Below, in pieces: positions 16,990 through 26,028 of a stretch of DNA of 26,361 nucleotides. Source of the DNA: a virus (lineage: Duplodnaviria; Caudoviricetes). The stretch's first letter is position 1; each line of letters starts with the position of its first letter. Below the pieces are notes generated by a model, which worked only from the letters and a program-made list of their open reading frames with translations, was not told where the DNA came from and searched no databases. A program made the position numbers and the translations under genes. The DNA lies in IMG/VR virus record IMGVR_UViG_3300044558_000064, positions 1 to 26,361 of that record; one strand, given 5' to 3'.

Positions 16990-17360
16990 TTCCCGCTCAC
17001 TTCTGCGCGTCCTTTTTTTGCCTGGATGTCCGTCACAAGGTTGCTTCCCCAGAGCTCTAAGATTTCCGGAAGAACCTGATAGATGGAAAACATCTCAAAC
17101 TGATCGAGCCATTCGTCGATCGTCTTTGGAATCGATGGATTCGCATGGTAGGCCATGATGTAGGCGACGTTTTCAAAAATCTCAAGATCATCGATCTCAA
17201 GCTCTTCGGAGTCCGTAGCTTTGGCCCGGTAAGACTTTTCGAGCTTCGACAGGTCCTTAAAGATATCCCGCTTAAATTTCAGCCGGTAGATTCTTGGGAT
17301 CGCGGCAGAAGAGCGGAAGGTGACCGGCTTTCCGCTGATTTCAATTGTCTTTTCAATCAT
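16986..17360 (-). CDS. Tail assembly chaperone (gpG-like)
   Basis: Directly after the major tail protein; SAAIPRIYRLKFKRDIFKD; ends at a slippery site. Confidence 0.82.
   Translation of the reverse strand: MIEKTIEISGKPVTFRSSAAIPRIYRLKFKRDIFKDLSKLEKSYRAKATDSEELEIDDLEIFENVAYIMAYHANPSIPKTIDEWLDQFEMFSIYQVLPEILELWGSNLVTDIQAKKGRAEVSGK
17013..17019 (-). other. Programmed -1 ribosomal frameshift site A AAA AAA
   Basis: GCA AAA AAA GGA; the -1 frame reads AKKRTRRSEREMTTP into the downstream ORF. Confidence 0.75.
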
Positions 17361-17372
17361 AAGCGTTCTCCT

Positions 17373-17984
17373 TTACTGGCCGGATGAAGATGACGAAGAA
17401 GAGGAAGACGCAGCTTTTTCCGTTGGAAGATAGACTGCCTTGTACCAGCCGTCATAAACCGTCGCATCCGTAGTGTCTCCAGATCTGGCTTTCACCAGGC
17501 CATCTGACCTTGGGTCTGCAGTGATCGACAGCTTCTCCGTTCCAGGCTCGATTGTATCTTCTTTTGTCTCTGACTCTAAGGAAGGACGGGATGCCGTGCA
17601 GTAGTAAAGAACGTGGCGAATAGAGTTGATGTCTCCATCAAACTCAAATAAAAGGGCAAACTTCACCGTGTCAGAAAGGCCGCTTTTTTCCACGAGCACG
17701 CCTTTACTGTCCAGTTCTTCCTGCAGGATCTCGGTTCGAAACCACTCCGGAATCAGGGCAAGCTCTAAATCTCCGGAGTAGCCGTTGTTGGTGATCGAAC
17801 GGAAGTATACGATGCCGTCCGCGTAGAAGGCTTTGGTTTCACCCTCAGCATCAAGGCTGATCGAGACAGCTCCTGGGATCGCTTTAGGCGCCGCGTAGGA
17901 GAAGCTCGATACGCCATCTGTTACGGTTTCTGTGAGCTTTGCCGCGTAGACATTTTTCAGGTTGTATTTGACTTTATTTCCCAT
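17373..17984 (-). CDS. Major tail protein (phi13 family)
   Basis: NKVKYNLKNV, IPGAVSISLD, FYADG, NNGYSGDLE, FALLFEFDGD. Confidence 0.9.
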   Translation of the reverse strand: MGNKVKYNLKNVYAAKLTETVTDGVSSFSYAAPKAIPGAVSISLDAEGETKAFYADGIVYFRSITNNGYSGDLELALIPEWFRTEILQEELDSKGVLVEKSGLSDTVKFALLFEFDGDINSIRHVLYYCTASRPSLESETKEDTIEPGTEKLSITADPRSDGLVKARSGDTTDATVYDGWYKAVYLPTEKAASSSSSSSSSGQ

Positions 17985-17987
17985 AGC

Positions 17988-18305
17988 TTAAACCTCCAAT
18001 TCGTAAAGGACTTCATAGAGCTTTTCCGACTCGATATAGACTTCGGTCTTGTCATAAAAGAGGCCATGTGTCGTCAGCACGCGCTCGATGTTTTCCTCTT
18101 GGCCCGGGTTCTTTTTGTCCGTGTAAAGCTCGATGTGAAGCACGTGGATTTTCTGATAGGCGATTCCGTCCGCCGCGAAGTTATCGCTCTCCGGGAGTTG
18201 AAAGCAGATAAATGGCGCGGCGGGGGAGCATCCTTCTTCAAAATGATCATAAGCAAGAGGAAGCTCCGTTTCTTCCAGCATCTCAACAATTTCGTCGTAA
18301 GTCAT
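17988..18305 (-). CDS. Tail completion/terminator protein
   Basis: Position before the major tail protein; SDNFAADG, IELYTDKK, IESEKLYEVLYE. Confidence 0.75.
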   Translation of the reverse strand: MTYDEIVEMLEETELPLAYDHFEEGCSPAAPFICFQLPESDNFAADGIAYQKIHVLHIELYTDKKNPGQEENIERVLTTHGLFYDKTEVYIESEKLYEVLYELEV

Positions 18306-18306
18306 G

Positions 18307-18690
18307 TCAGCCTCCTTTTAGTTTTTCTTTGATCCGCTTTTCAAGCTCTTCATTTCCTTTCTGTTCAGCCGGGGCGATGTGAGGCCTTGCAGAAACTCTA
18401 CCGCCACCACGTTTTGCGTGGCCGTGCTCAAGGAGATGGGCGATCTGGTAGCGATTCCTTGAGTGGACGACCAGATCAATGCTGTTTGACGTCTCGTTTA
18501 CCTTCTTTACAGACCAGGATTTCTTATACGCGCCGGTTCGTACCGGGGCGGAATCCCGGATGTCTGTGCGCACGTCTTTTGCGGTTTTCCTGACCGCGTC
18601 TTTCAGATCATCCGATGCTAGAGAGGCGTATTCGTCTAGCTCCTTCATGATGGCATCTTCGAGTTGGTCGATTGAGACTTTCTTACTCAT
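18307..18690 (-). CDS. HK97 gp10 family tail component
   Basis: APVRTGAYKKSW, HLLEHGH, ARPHIAPA. Confidence 0.85.
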   Translation of the reverse strand: MSKKVSIDQLEDAIMKELDEYASLASDDLKDAVRKTAKDVRTDIRDSAPVRTGAYKKSWSVKKVNETSNSIDLVVHSRNRYQIAHLLEHGHAKRGGGRVSARPHIAPAEQKGNEELEKRIKEKLKGG

Positions 18691-19018
18691 GGCTTTTCTC
18701 CAGACTGCAGTTAAACTTAATCGAGTTTCTTTTATATCCCATCGGATTCACGTAGGTAATGTTGTAGATTCTGCCTTCTGCAAGGATACGGTAGTGGGTA
18801 GAGTCCACTTGAGAGAGCTCTGAGCACCAGCGGCAGGTAAAGTCCAGGGACTCCTCCGGGCTTATCACTTCACTCACGGTTTCAGATCCGCTGGATGTTC
18901 CGATGGTCGCGTAGCAGGCAAAATAATCCGTCCAAGAAGCCCCTTGGTTCTTGTATTTGTCCGTCACGATTTTCTTCTTCTGAAACAGAATGGGGACGCG
19001 GAGAGATGAGATGTTCAT
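18683..19018 (-). CDS. Head closure / head-tail adaptor (SPP1 gp16-like)
   Basis: Position and motifs W..YFACYA, FTCRW, RI...GRIYNI. Confidence 0.8.
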   Translation of the reverse strand: MNISSLRVPILFQKKKIVTDKYKNQGASWTDYFACYATIGTSSGSETVSEVISPEESLDFTCRWCSELSQVDSTHYRILAEGRIYNITYVNPMGYKRNSIKFNCSLEKSHE

Positions 19019-19305
19019 TAAAACTGCTCCTTTCTGACGCCAAAGAGAAGGGCGCGAAGGGTCTGATTCATCTCGTTATGGTCGGCTTCTTCCCGGTGCT
19101 CATAGAGGTAGGCGATGCAGTAAAGAATGGCAACTCGCATACGGATCAGAATCTTTTCTTCGCTTGATTCCCACTCTTCATCTGTGAATCTCGCGATGTC
19201 CTTGACCTGTTTCGTGGCAGTTTCAATCAGACTTTTGATCAGATCATCTTCGTCAGATGAGCTTACACGTAGGTAAGTTTTCGCTTCTTCTAATGTTACT
19301 TCCAA
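19018..19305 (-). CDS. Head-tail connector (HK97 gp6-like)
   Basis: VTLEEAKTYLRV..EDDLI, AYLYEHRE; TTG start with SD AGGAGG. Confidence 0.88.
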   Translation of the reverse strand: MEVTLEEAKTYLRVSSSDEDDLIKSLIETATKQVKDIARFTDEEWESSEEKILIRMRVAILYCIAYLYEHREEADHNEMNQTLRALLFGVRKEQF

Positions 19306-19330
19306 CAGTCCACCTCCTTAAAAAAGCAGG

Positions 19331-19389
19331 CACCCTCGATTCAAACGAGGGTGCGAGATAACAATTCACCCTCAGTTTAATTGAGGGTG
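19331..19389. repeat. Two tandem palindromes CACCCTC-N9-GAGGGTG after the capsid gene
   Basis: Copies at 19331-19353 and 19367-19389; T6 run follows on the minus strand. Confidence 0.85.
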
Positions 19390-19403
19390 TGTGAGTCTAG
19401 GAT

Positions 19404-20609
19404 TTAGCCTGCAGCCTTCACCGACAGACCTCTTACAGCTTCCGGCAGAATCAGCTTTCCATCCACACGTTCAGATGCGAGGAAGCCGATCTGGCCGTTT
19501 GCTGCGTACAGCTCAGACAGCCTCTTAAAAGATTTTCCCTGACGGTCTGCGATCCAGTAGTAGGAGAAGTCGCCAAAGAGGATGGCGACATTACCTGCCG
19601 CAAGCTCCGGTGCGTAGATCGAAGTCTTGTAAGGACGGTTTAAGATGGTGTCCGGCTGACCGGCAACTACGGAGGGCTGCCAGATGTAGTTGTTGTTTCC
19701 ATCCTTGATCTTGCGGAGGGCCTTGACGGTGGAGTCGTTCAGAATCCAGACTGCGCTGTTTCGATAGACGCTTCTAAGTGAGTGGAAGACGTCCATCATG
19801 GCATCAAAGTTTATGCTTGTATTGCTGATCTCTGTCAGCGCATCCTTTTCCGTTGCGACTTTGGTAAAGACGCCTTCCGGTTTCTTGCTACCGTCACCAA
19901 CCAGGAAAGCCTCTTCTTCAGCAGCTCCGATACGGCGGGCGAACTCCGTTGAGATGTATCCTTCCAGATCAAACACCGAGTCATTCATCAGCTCTTCCGA
20001 AACTTTGATTGCGGTTCCCAGTTTGTAGGCTGACAGCGTGATCTGATCGAAGGTATCGTCAGACTCCGGATAGAGCCCGTTTTCATCCATCCAGGATGCG
20101 GTGCCGTGAGAAGCGACGATCGGAATGGTGTGGGTGCCGGTCTGGGTCTGAATCACATGAGCAATAGAACGGAAGAAGTTCTCATCGGTAAGAGCCTGAA
20201 GAAGCTGCCTCTCATATTCATCTGGCACTAGGTATCCGCCGTTTGCGTCTGTACCAACTTCAAGAACGTTATTGACATCAAACCAGTTGCGCCTTCTGAT
20301 GGAGTCCCAGAAAGCGGTTTTGTATGCTTTCGAGCCGATCCCTTTCTTTTCCTCTGGCTGGGTTTCAGCGCCTGGTTTAGAGGTAAGTGGGGCAGAAGTC
20401 GGCTGATTTAACATCTGGTCAATCTGCTCCTGCCTCTGCAAGCGCTCAATGTCTTTTGTCAGATCGGTAACTTCCTTTTCCATTTTCTCGTAGGTTACGG
20501 CATCTTCCTGGGAGACATTTCCACCGTTATCAGAATGCGTATCCAGGAATTCTTTTGCTGCATTCCAGGCCTTGGCTCTTTTCTCCATGAGATCTAAAAT
20601 CTTAGTCAT
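19404..20609 (-). CDS. Major capsid protein, HK97 family
   Basis: Coiled-coil delta domain, GGYLVPDE, EEEAFLVGDG..KPEG, FGDFSYYWIADR, ERVDGKL; start moved to MTKILD with SD AAGGAGG. Confidence 0.95.
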   Translation of the reverse strand: MTKILDLMEKRAKAWNAAKEFLDTHSDNGGNVSQEDAVTYEKMEKEVTDLTKDIERLQRQEQIDQMLNQPTSAPLTSKPGAETQPEEKKGIGSKAYKTAFWDSIRRRNWFDVNNVLEVGTDANGGYLVPDEYERQLLQALTDENFFRSIAHVIQTQTGTHTIPIVASHGTASWMDENGLYPESDDTFDQITLSAYKLGTAIKVSEELMNDSVFDLEGYISTEFARRIGAAEEEAFLVGDGSKKPEGVFTKVATEKDALTEISNTSINFDAMMDVFHSLRSVYRNSAVWILNDSTVKALRKIKDGNNNYIWQPSVVAGQPDTILNRPYKTSIYAPELAAGNVAILFGDFSYYWIADRQGKSFKRLSELYAANGQIGFLASERVDGKLILPEAVRGLSVKAAG

Positions 20610-20622
20610 TGTAGTTTCCTCC

Positions 20623-21345
20623 TTAGTGTGATAGAAGCGCCAGGCGCTTCTTAAGTGAATCAACAGCTACTGTTGGCGCTGCTTTCTTCTTCGTTATCGG
20701 TTCTTTTGGGATCAGTTTAGAGAGAAGGGAGTCCGTGACAGCTTTTCTGGAAAACAGCATCTCAGGCTCTTCATTTTCCGGATCTCCATCAGAATAGAGA
20801 ATCTCATCCGCAAAGCCGAGTTTCTTTGCTTCTTTCGCGTTCATCCAGGTTTCGGCATCCATGAGCTGAGAAATTTTCCTTCGTGAGAGACTGGTCTTAA
20901 TCTCATAGGCGTTCACGATGGATTCCTTGACTTCAGAGAGCATGTCGATGGCTCGCTTCATCTCGCTTGAATCTCCAATCGCAACAGTCATCGGGTTATG
21001 GATCATCAGCATGGCAACTGGGCTCATACAGACCTTCGTCCCTGCCATCGCAATGACAGAGGCCGCGGAAGCGGCTAAGGCGTCGATCTTTACCGTAACA
21101 TAATATGGGTAATCCATCAGCATGTTGTAAATCGAGGCTGCGGCAAAGACATCTCCTCCGGGGGAGTTAATCCAAAGGGTGATGTTTCCTTCGCCGCTGT
21201 TTAATTCCTCTTTAAAAAGCTTCGGCGTGACTTCATCTCCAAACCAGGTCTCATCGGAAATTTCTCCGTTTAGGTAGAGGGTTCTTTCGCTTCCAAAAGA
21301 ATCTGGAGTTTCGTTTCTTACCCAGTTCCAGAACTTTCTTGTCAT
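20623..21345 (-). CDS. ClpP-like head maturation protease
   Basis: INSPGGDVF, AASAASVIAMAG, MIHNP, MDAETWM..EA..LGFAD. Confidence 0.93.
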   Translation of the reverse strand: MTRKFWNWVRNETPDSFGSERTLYLNGEISDETWFGDEVTPKLFKEELNSGEGNITLWINSPGGDVFAAASIYNMLMDYPYYVTVKIDALAASAASVIAMAGTKVCMSPVAMLMIHNPMTVAIGDSSEMKRAIDMLSEVKESIVNAYEIKTSLSRRKISQLMDAETWMNAKEAKKLGFADEILYSDGDPENEEPEMLFSRKAVTDSLLSKLIPKEPITKKKAAPTVAVDSLKKRLALLSH

Positions 21346-22661
21346 AGTGCTTTTCTCCTTTCAGGGGTCTTTGCATCCGTTTGTTTATCGTCTGTCTCAC
21401 TCTCTTGCTCCTCCGTATTTTGACTTGGCGCAGATGCTGCGAAAATGCCAGCGTCTTTAAGCTTGGTCATGTTGCCATTGATGAGGTAAAGGTCTCCACC
21501 TTCTTCTTCCGGGATCCGGTCCAGGTTCTCGAGCTCGCGGATATCGTTTGCGCTCATCCATCCATTCTGCCTTCCGACCGCGTATCCGTTCATGCGGCTC
21601 TGGTAGTCTCCACGGAGAAGCCCATCCACGTTGAACTTAAAGAAGTAATCCTTCTTTTCTTCCGGGCGGAGCAGGGCCCTCTTCATGGACTGCTCCCACC
21701 TGCAGACCCAGGGGTCAAGCGTGTATTTCACAAACTCAAGAGACTGCTGCTCAATGTTACTGAAGCTGGACTTCTCTAAGTCTCCAATCATGTGAGGAGG
21801 AATGCGGAAAATACGCGCGATCTCATCAATCTGAAACTTTCTGGTCTCAAGAAACTGCGCCTGTTCAGGCGAGATGGAAATCGGAGTGTACTTCATGCCT
21901 TCTTCAAGAACAGCAACTTTATTAGAATTGGAAGATCCTCCAAAAGCCGAGTTCCAGCTCTGCCTGATGCGCTCCGGATCCTTTACAACGCCGGGATGCT
22001 CTAAGATGCCGCCTGGCGTCGCTCCGTTTGCAAAGAACTTGCTTCCGTATTCTTCAGTCGCAATGGCAAGGCCGATCGCGTTCTTTGCCATCGCGATAGG
22101 AGAGTACCCAACGAGCCCGTCAAAGCCCAGCCCTGGGATGTGAAGTACATCTCGAGGGGAAAGTCGAACGAGAGAACCTCTCATCGTGTGGGCTTCTTCC
22201 TGCGAGGTCTGGTACTCGTAGTAAAGCTGGCCAGATGCGTCCCGGTCTACGGTCATCTTGTTTGGCATCAGAGGATAGAGCGCGATGGTTTCTCCTTTAC
22301 CATTTCGGATGATCTGCGCATAAGCATTACCCCAAAGGAGAAGGTGGGTCATCAACGTTTCCCGGAAAACAAAAGAGGTCATCTCTGGATTCGGCTCATC
22401 GTGAAGGATCGTGTAAAGTGGGTGATCGACCGCTTTCTCTTTTGAGCCTTCCTTGTTGTATCGGTAAAGGTGAAGGGGGAGACCAGCCACAGCTTCCGAG
22501 AGGATCCTCACGCAGGAGTAAACGGCGGTCATCTGCATGGCAGACCGCTCGGTTACGGATTTTCCAGAAGCCGTCCCTCCAAAGAAGAAGCGGTACATGC
22601 TTCCCGTGGTGGAGTCCTTCGGCTTGTCCCTTGATTTGAAGATTCCTTTAAATATGGTCAT
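21342..22661 (-). CDS. Portal protein, HK97 family
   Basis: AVYSCVRILSE, LLLWGNAY, GLVGYSPI, AQFLETRKF, FSNIEQQ, NDIRELEN. Confidence 0.95.
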   Translation of the reverse strand: MTIFKGIFKSRDKPKDSTTGSMYRFFFGGTASGKSVTERSAMQMTAVYSCVRILSEAVAGLPLHLYRYNKEGSKEKAVDHPLYTILHDEPNPEMTSFVFRETLMTHLLLWGNAYAQIIRNGKGETIALYPLMPNKMTVDRDASGQLYYEYQTSQEEAHTMRGSLVRLSPRDVLHIPGLGFDGLVGYSPIAMAKNAIGLAIATEEYGSKFFANGATPGGILEHPGVVKDPERIRQSWNSAFGGSSNSNKVAVLEEGMKYTPISISPEQAQFLETRKFQIDEIARIFRIPPHMIGDLEKSSFSNIEQQSLEFVKYTLDPWVCRWEQSMKRALLRPEEKKDYFFKFNVDGLLRGDYQSRMNGYAVGRQNGWMSANDIRELENLDRIPEEEGGDLYLINGNMTKLKDAGIFAASAPSQNTEEQESETDDKQTDAKTPERRKAL

Positions 22662-22688
22662 TGAAATTCCTCCTATAAGTGAAGCTTT

Positions 22689-23390
22689 TTATCGATTTCT
22701 AAAGCAGCTCTGCTCCCCAGGGTTTGGGAAATTTAAACAGGCAAAACTGCCAAAATAAAAGCGAGCTGCTTTATCATAAGCCCTCGCTGCGTCCTCGGCA
22801 TTTTCAAATGTTCCGAGATGTTTTGTTTTATTGTGCAAGCTGATGTAAGCCCTGAATTTTCCTCTGTCCTTTCGAAAACTTACACCCTTGAATCCAGAAG
22901 TGTTGTGTTTTGGCAGACACATATTTCTCTGATTGTCGAGCTCTGTAGCAAGCCGGAGATTCTGCCTTCTGTTGTCCGATGGATCTCCATTAATATGATC
23001 AACATAATATTCCGGAGGTGCTTTCAACAATATGCGAGAAAGCCATACCACTTGCCCATCTATTGTTGACTCTGGATATCCACCGTGCTCTGTATACCAG
23101 TTTCTGTTCTCTACCAAAGGAAGATCCGCCTTATCAAAAATAAAAGAATTTCCATTTGCAGTTATGTACCGCATATGGTCGCCTTCAGATATTATCCGGT
23201 AACAATGACCGCATCTGACCTTTCGGCCTCTTAACAGCAGCTCTCTGCTCACCAGAATCTGATTGCCGCAGTCACAAGTACATCTGTAGAAACTCTGTCT
23301 TTTCTTTCTTCTCCCATAGTGAAAGTATCCTGCGAAGCTATCCACATGCAGCTTTCCAAAACGCTTTCCAACGATGTCGTTTTTATCCAA
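22689..23390 (-). CDS. Free-standing HNH endonuclease with C-terminal AP2 DNA-binding domain
   Basis: GKRFGKL..CTCDCG N-terminal motif; VDHINGDPSDNRRQNLR...N; NTSGFKGV...HLGTF...EDAARAYDKAA..YFG.FA.LNF. Confidence 0.9.
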   Translation of the reverse strand: MDKNDIVGKRFGKLHVDSFAGYFHYGRRKKRQSFYRCTCDCGNQILVSRELLLRGRKVRCGHCYRIISEGDHMRYITANGNSFIFDKADLPLVENRNWYTEHGGYPESTIDGQVVWLSRILLKAPPEYYVDHINGDPSDNRRQNLRLATELDNQRNMCLPKHNTSGFKGVSFRKDRGKFRAYISLHNKTKHLGTFENAEDAARAYDKAARFYFGSFACLNFPNPGEQSCFRNR

Positions 23391-23399
23391 AAGATCACC

Positions 23400-24998
23400 T
23401 CAAATGAACAAGATCCCTCTGCTGTCATAGACCGACTCCCCAGCGTCGTTTCCGCACCGAATCGCCCGGTCTAAAGCCATAACAAGAGCGACGGCTCCAT
23501 CGATTTTCTCGGTTGATTTCTCCTTATCCATCTTGATGTTTCCTGCAGGGTCCGTTCGGACATAAACGTTATCCATCATCCAGCGAAGGACCGGGTGGCC
23601 GCCATGCGCGATTTTCTGGTCCAGTGTAAGCCGCATCAGCTCCTTGGTAGGCGGGTTCATATCTCTGTACCCCTGGCCGAAAGGCACGACGGTAAAGCCC
23701 ATGCCTTCTAAGTTCTGGACCATCTGGACGGCTCCCCAGCGGTCAAAGGCAATTTCTCGGATGTTGTACTTTTCTCCAAGGCGCTCGATGAATTTTTCGA
23801 TGAAGCCGTAGTGGATGACGTTTCCTTCGGTGGTCAGAATTGCTCCCTGCTTCTGCCAGAGATCGTAAGGAACGTGATCTCTTCGGACGCGCAGGTCCAG
23901 CGTGTCTTCCGGCAGCCAGAAGTAGGGGAGAACGACGTATTTATCATTATCGTCTTCTGGAGGGAACACGAGAACAAAAGCGGTGATATCGGTGGTGGAG
24001 GAAAGGTCCAAGCCTCCGTAGCAGACTCTGCCATAGAGGTCTTCCTCCCGAATTTTAAAGGAGCAGGCGTCCCATTTATCCATCGGCATCCAGCGGACGG
24101 ACTGCTTGACCCATTGATCAAGACGTAGCTGGCGGAAAGCGTTTTCTTCCTGCGGGTTCTGCTTGGCAGATTCGCAGGCGGCTTTGACTTTATCGATGCT
24201 GATCGTAACGCCAAGAGAAGGGTTTGCTTTCTTCCAAACTTCAGGGTCTGTCCAGTCCTCATCCATTGCGGCGCCATAGATCACCGGGTAAAAGGTCTCA
24301 TCGTGCTTTCTTCCTTCCAGGATGTCTTCTGCCTTCTGGTGCAGCTCATAGCAGATGGAGTTTACGTCGTTTCCGGCTGTTGTGATGATGAAGTGGAGCG
24401 GGTTCTTCCTTGCGTCCGATGTACCCTTTGTCATCATGTCAAAGAATTTCCGGTCTTTCTGGACCCAGAGCTCATCAAACACCAGGCCAGACACATTCAC
24501 ACCGGACTTTCCGGCGACCTCTGCAGACACGGCCTTGTAGATGCTGTTGGTGGGGCGGAAATGAATGGTCTTTCGGCTGGGGCGGATATCGCAGTATTTC
24601 TTAAGCGTTTTATGGAGCTTGACCATGTCGCAGGCCACATCGAACACCAGAGAGGCCTGGTCCCGGTCCGCGGCGCAGCCGTAAACTTCAGCTCGCTGCT
24701 CACCGTCTGCACACAGCATGTAGAGGGCCACAGCCGCGGCAAGCTCGGATTTCCCGCACTTTTTTGGAATCTCAATGTAGGCGGTCGTAAACTGCCGGCA
24801 GTCGTTTGGCTTTAACACGCCGAATAAGTCGCGGATGATCTGTTCCTGCCAGGGCATTAAGTGAAAGGGCTTGTTGTAAAAGTCGCCCTTCGTGTGGGAA
24901 AGCTGCTCGATGAACATCACCACTAAGTCAGCTGCTGCTTTATCGTAATGCGATGTCTCTGCCATAAATTTTGTGGGTCTGTATCTTTCCAAATTCAT
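23400..24998 (-). CDS. terL: Terminase large subunit (Terminase_1 family)
   Basis: LMPWQ, Walker A IPKKCGKSEL, Walker B LVFDE, ITTAG, GLDLSSTTD, KIDGAVA. Confidence 0.95.
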   Translation of the reverse strand: MNLERYRPTKFMAETSHYDKAAADLVVMFIEQLSHTKGDFYNKPFHLMPWQEQIIRDLFGVLKPNDCRQFTTAYIEIPKKCGKSELAAAVALYMLCADGEQRAEVYGCAADRDQASLVFDVACDMVKLHKTLKKYCDIRPSRKTIHFRPTNSIYKAVSAEVAGKSGVNVSGLVFDELWVQKDRKFFDMMTKGTSDARKNPLHFIITTAGNDVNSICYELHQKAEDILEGRKHDETFYPVIYGAAMDEDWTDPEVWKKANPSLGVTISIDKVKAACESAKQNPQEENAFRQLRLDQWVKQSVRWMPMDKWDACSFKIREEDLYGRVCYGGLDLSSTTDITAFVLVFPPEDDNDKYVVLPYFWLPEDTLDLRVRRDHVPYDLWQKQGAILTTEGNVIHYGFIEKFIERLGEKYNIREIAFDRWGAVQMVQNLEGMGFTVVPFGQGYRDMNPPTKELMRLTLDQKIAHGGHPVLRWMMDNVYVRTDPAGNIKMDKEKSTEKIDGAVALVMALDRAIRCGNDAGESVYDSRGILFI

Positions 24999-25010
24999 TC
25001 CTCCAGGGCA

Positions 25011-25036
25011 AAAGAAAAGAACGCCAAGAGGCGTTC
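25011..25036 (-). terminator. Intrinsic terminator-like hairpin upstream of terL
   Basis: Minus strand GAACGCC-TCTT-GGCGTTC-TTTTCTTT. Confidence 0.65.
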
Positions 25037-25051
25037 CGAGTGTGTTTATCT

Positions 25052-25276
25052 TTAATTGTATTGATGAATCAGGGCTGCATAGGCGAGCTGGCTTGTTTCA
25101 TCTTCTGGCTCGATGTCCCAGCCGCGGTCGTAGCGGAGAGTCGTTTTGCTTCCAACGCGGAGCTTCATCTTGCTGATCCTGCCGCCCTCGATTCCGTTGT
25201 CCGAAGGCTCATCGTAGTGTTTTAGCTCGTATGTTACCGTTATTCCATCGATTTCAAGCGTTCCTTTTTCCCACAT
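25052..25276 (-). CDS. Small conserved phage hypothetical protein
   Basis: MWEKG...GIEGGRISK...YDRGWD; start moved to ATG with SD AAGGAGG. Confidence 0.75.
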   Translation of the reverse strand: MWEKGTLEIDGITVTYELKHYDEPSDNGIEGGRISKMKLRVGSKTTLRYDRGWDIEPEDETSQLAYAALIHQYN

Positions 25277-25286
25277 GGCGGCCTCC

Positions 25287-25754
25287 TTATGCGATTGTAA
25301 ATTCGATTCCTTTCTTGGTTTCCGGCTCGTCCGTACCAAAGTGGTGGTCGTCCTTTCTTGTGACAATCTTGAGCGCTCCCATCTTCCAGCCGTTTGCGAT
25401 CAGCCCGTAGATTCCATCCATCAGGCCGGTGCTCTGGTCGGTTACGACGATTGTGTTAATGCCCGCATCCTTAAGCGTTTCTGCGAAATCCTTCATGTCC
25501 TTAGGCCAAGGCAGGTCTTCGACTTCGAAGCAGTCCGCTCCGCGGTAGTTTACGTTCTGGTAGGCCCAGTAGGCTTTCATCGCGCCATCCGTGTAAGGAA
25601 ATGGGTGTTCTTCTTCGAAGGCCTTTACCAGGGCGGTTCCTTCATCGTATTTTTCTTCGTCAAAAAGGATGCTGCGCTGTTTTCTAACGGCTTCTTTCTT
25701 TTCCTGGTAGTCGCTAACTGTTTTGTACATGCTTTCAAAATATGCGTTTTTCAT
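25287..25754 (-). CDS. Phage hypothetical protein
   Basis: 155-aa ORF with SD GGAGG; DQSTGLM...GWKM motif. Confidence 0.75.
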   Translation of the reverse strand: MKNAYFESMYKTVSDYQEKKEAVRKQRSILFDEEKYDEGTALVKAFEEEHPFPYTDGAMKAYWAYQNVNYRGADCFEVEDLPWPKDMKDFAETLKDAGINTIVVTDQSTGLMDGIYGLIANGWKMGALKIVTRKDDHHFGTDEPETKKGIEFTIA

Positions 25755-25794
25755 GGTCTTTCCTCCGTTTTGTCTTTGCTTTTCTTTGCATGTA

Positions 25795-25826
25795 CATATA
25801 TCACTCTAAAACCTTGAAATAGCAAG
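25795..25826 (-). promoter_or_regulatory. Possible internal promoter (CTTGCTA...AGAGTGATATATGT)
   Basis: TTGCTA -35-like and TGaTATATG extended -10-like elements in an intergenic gap; spacing is non-canonical. Confidence 0.35.
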
Positions 25827-25848
25827 CTTTATGTGGAATTTTCCTTCG

Positions 25849-26028
25849 TTATTTTTCGCTTCCTGTCAGGATGAAATGAACGTATTCTTTCCGGTGTTCT
25901 TCAAGGTAAAGAACCAGATCATAGTAGTCATAGTCGAAGGCAATCCGCTGAACTGTGATCGTATCTAGCATATTGGTAAGGCCGCTTCTTTGGATGGCAA
26001 GGATCTGCTTTTTGATTTCTTCAGTCAT
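25849..26028 (-). CDS. DUF5049-like small protein (59 aa)
   Basis: Manual translation MTEEIKKQILAIQRSGLTNMLDTITVQRIA...EYVHFILTGSEK. Not in the ORF track. Confidence 0.8.
   Translation of the reverse strand: MTEEIKKQILAIQRSGLTNMLDTITVQRIAFDYDYYDLVLYLEEHRKEYVHFILTGSEK

Noticed and set aside
17373-17420. Frameshift extension of the major tail protein after its poly-Ser tail
   Set aside because: The chaperone gene starts 13 bp later, leaving no room for an Ig-like extension.
19331-19389. Mini CRISPR array
   Set aside because: Only two units, their centres differ, and the gap is 13 bp.
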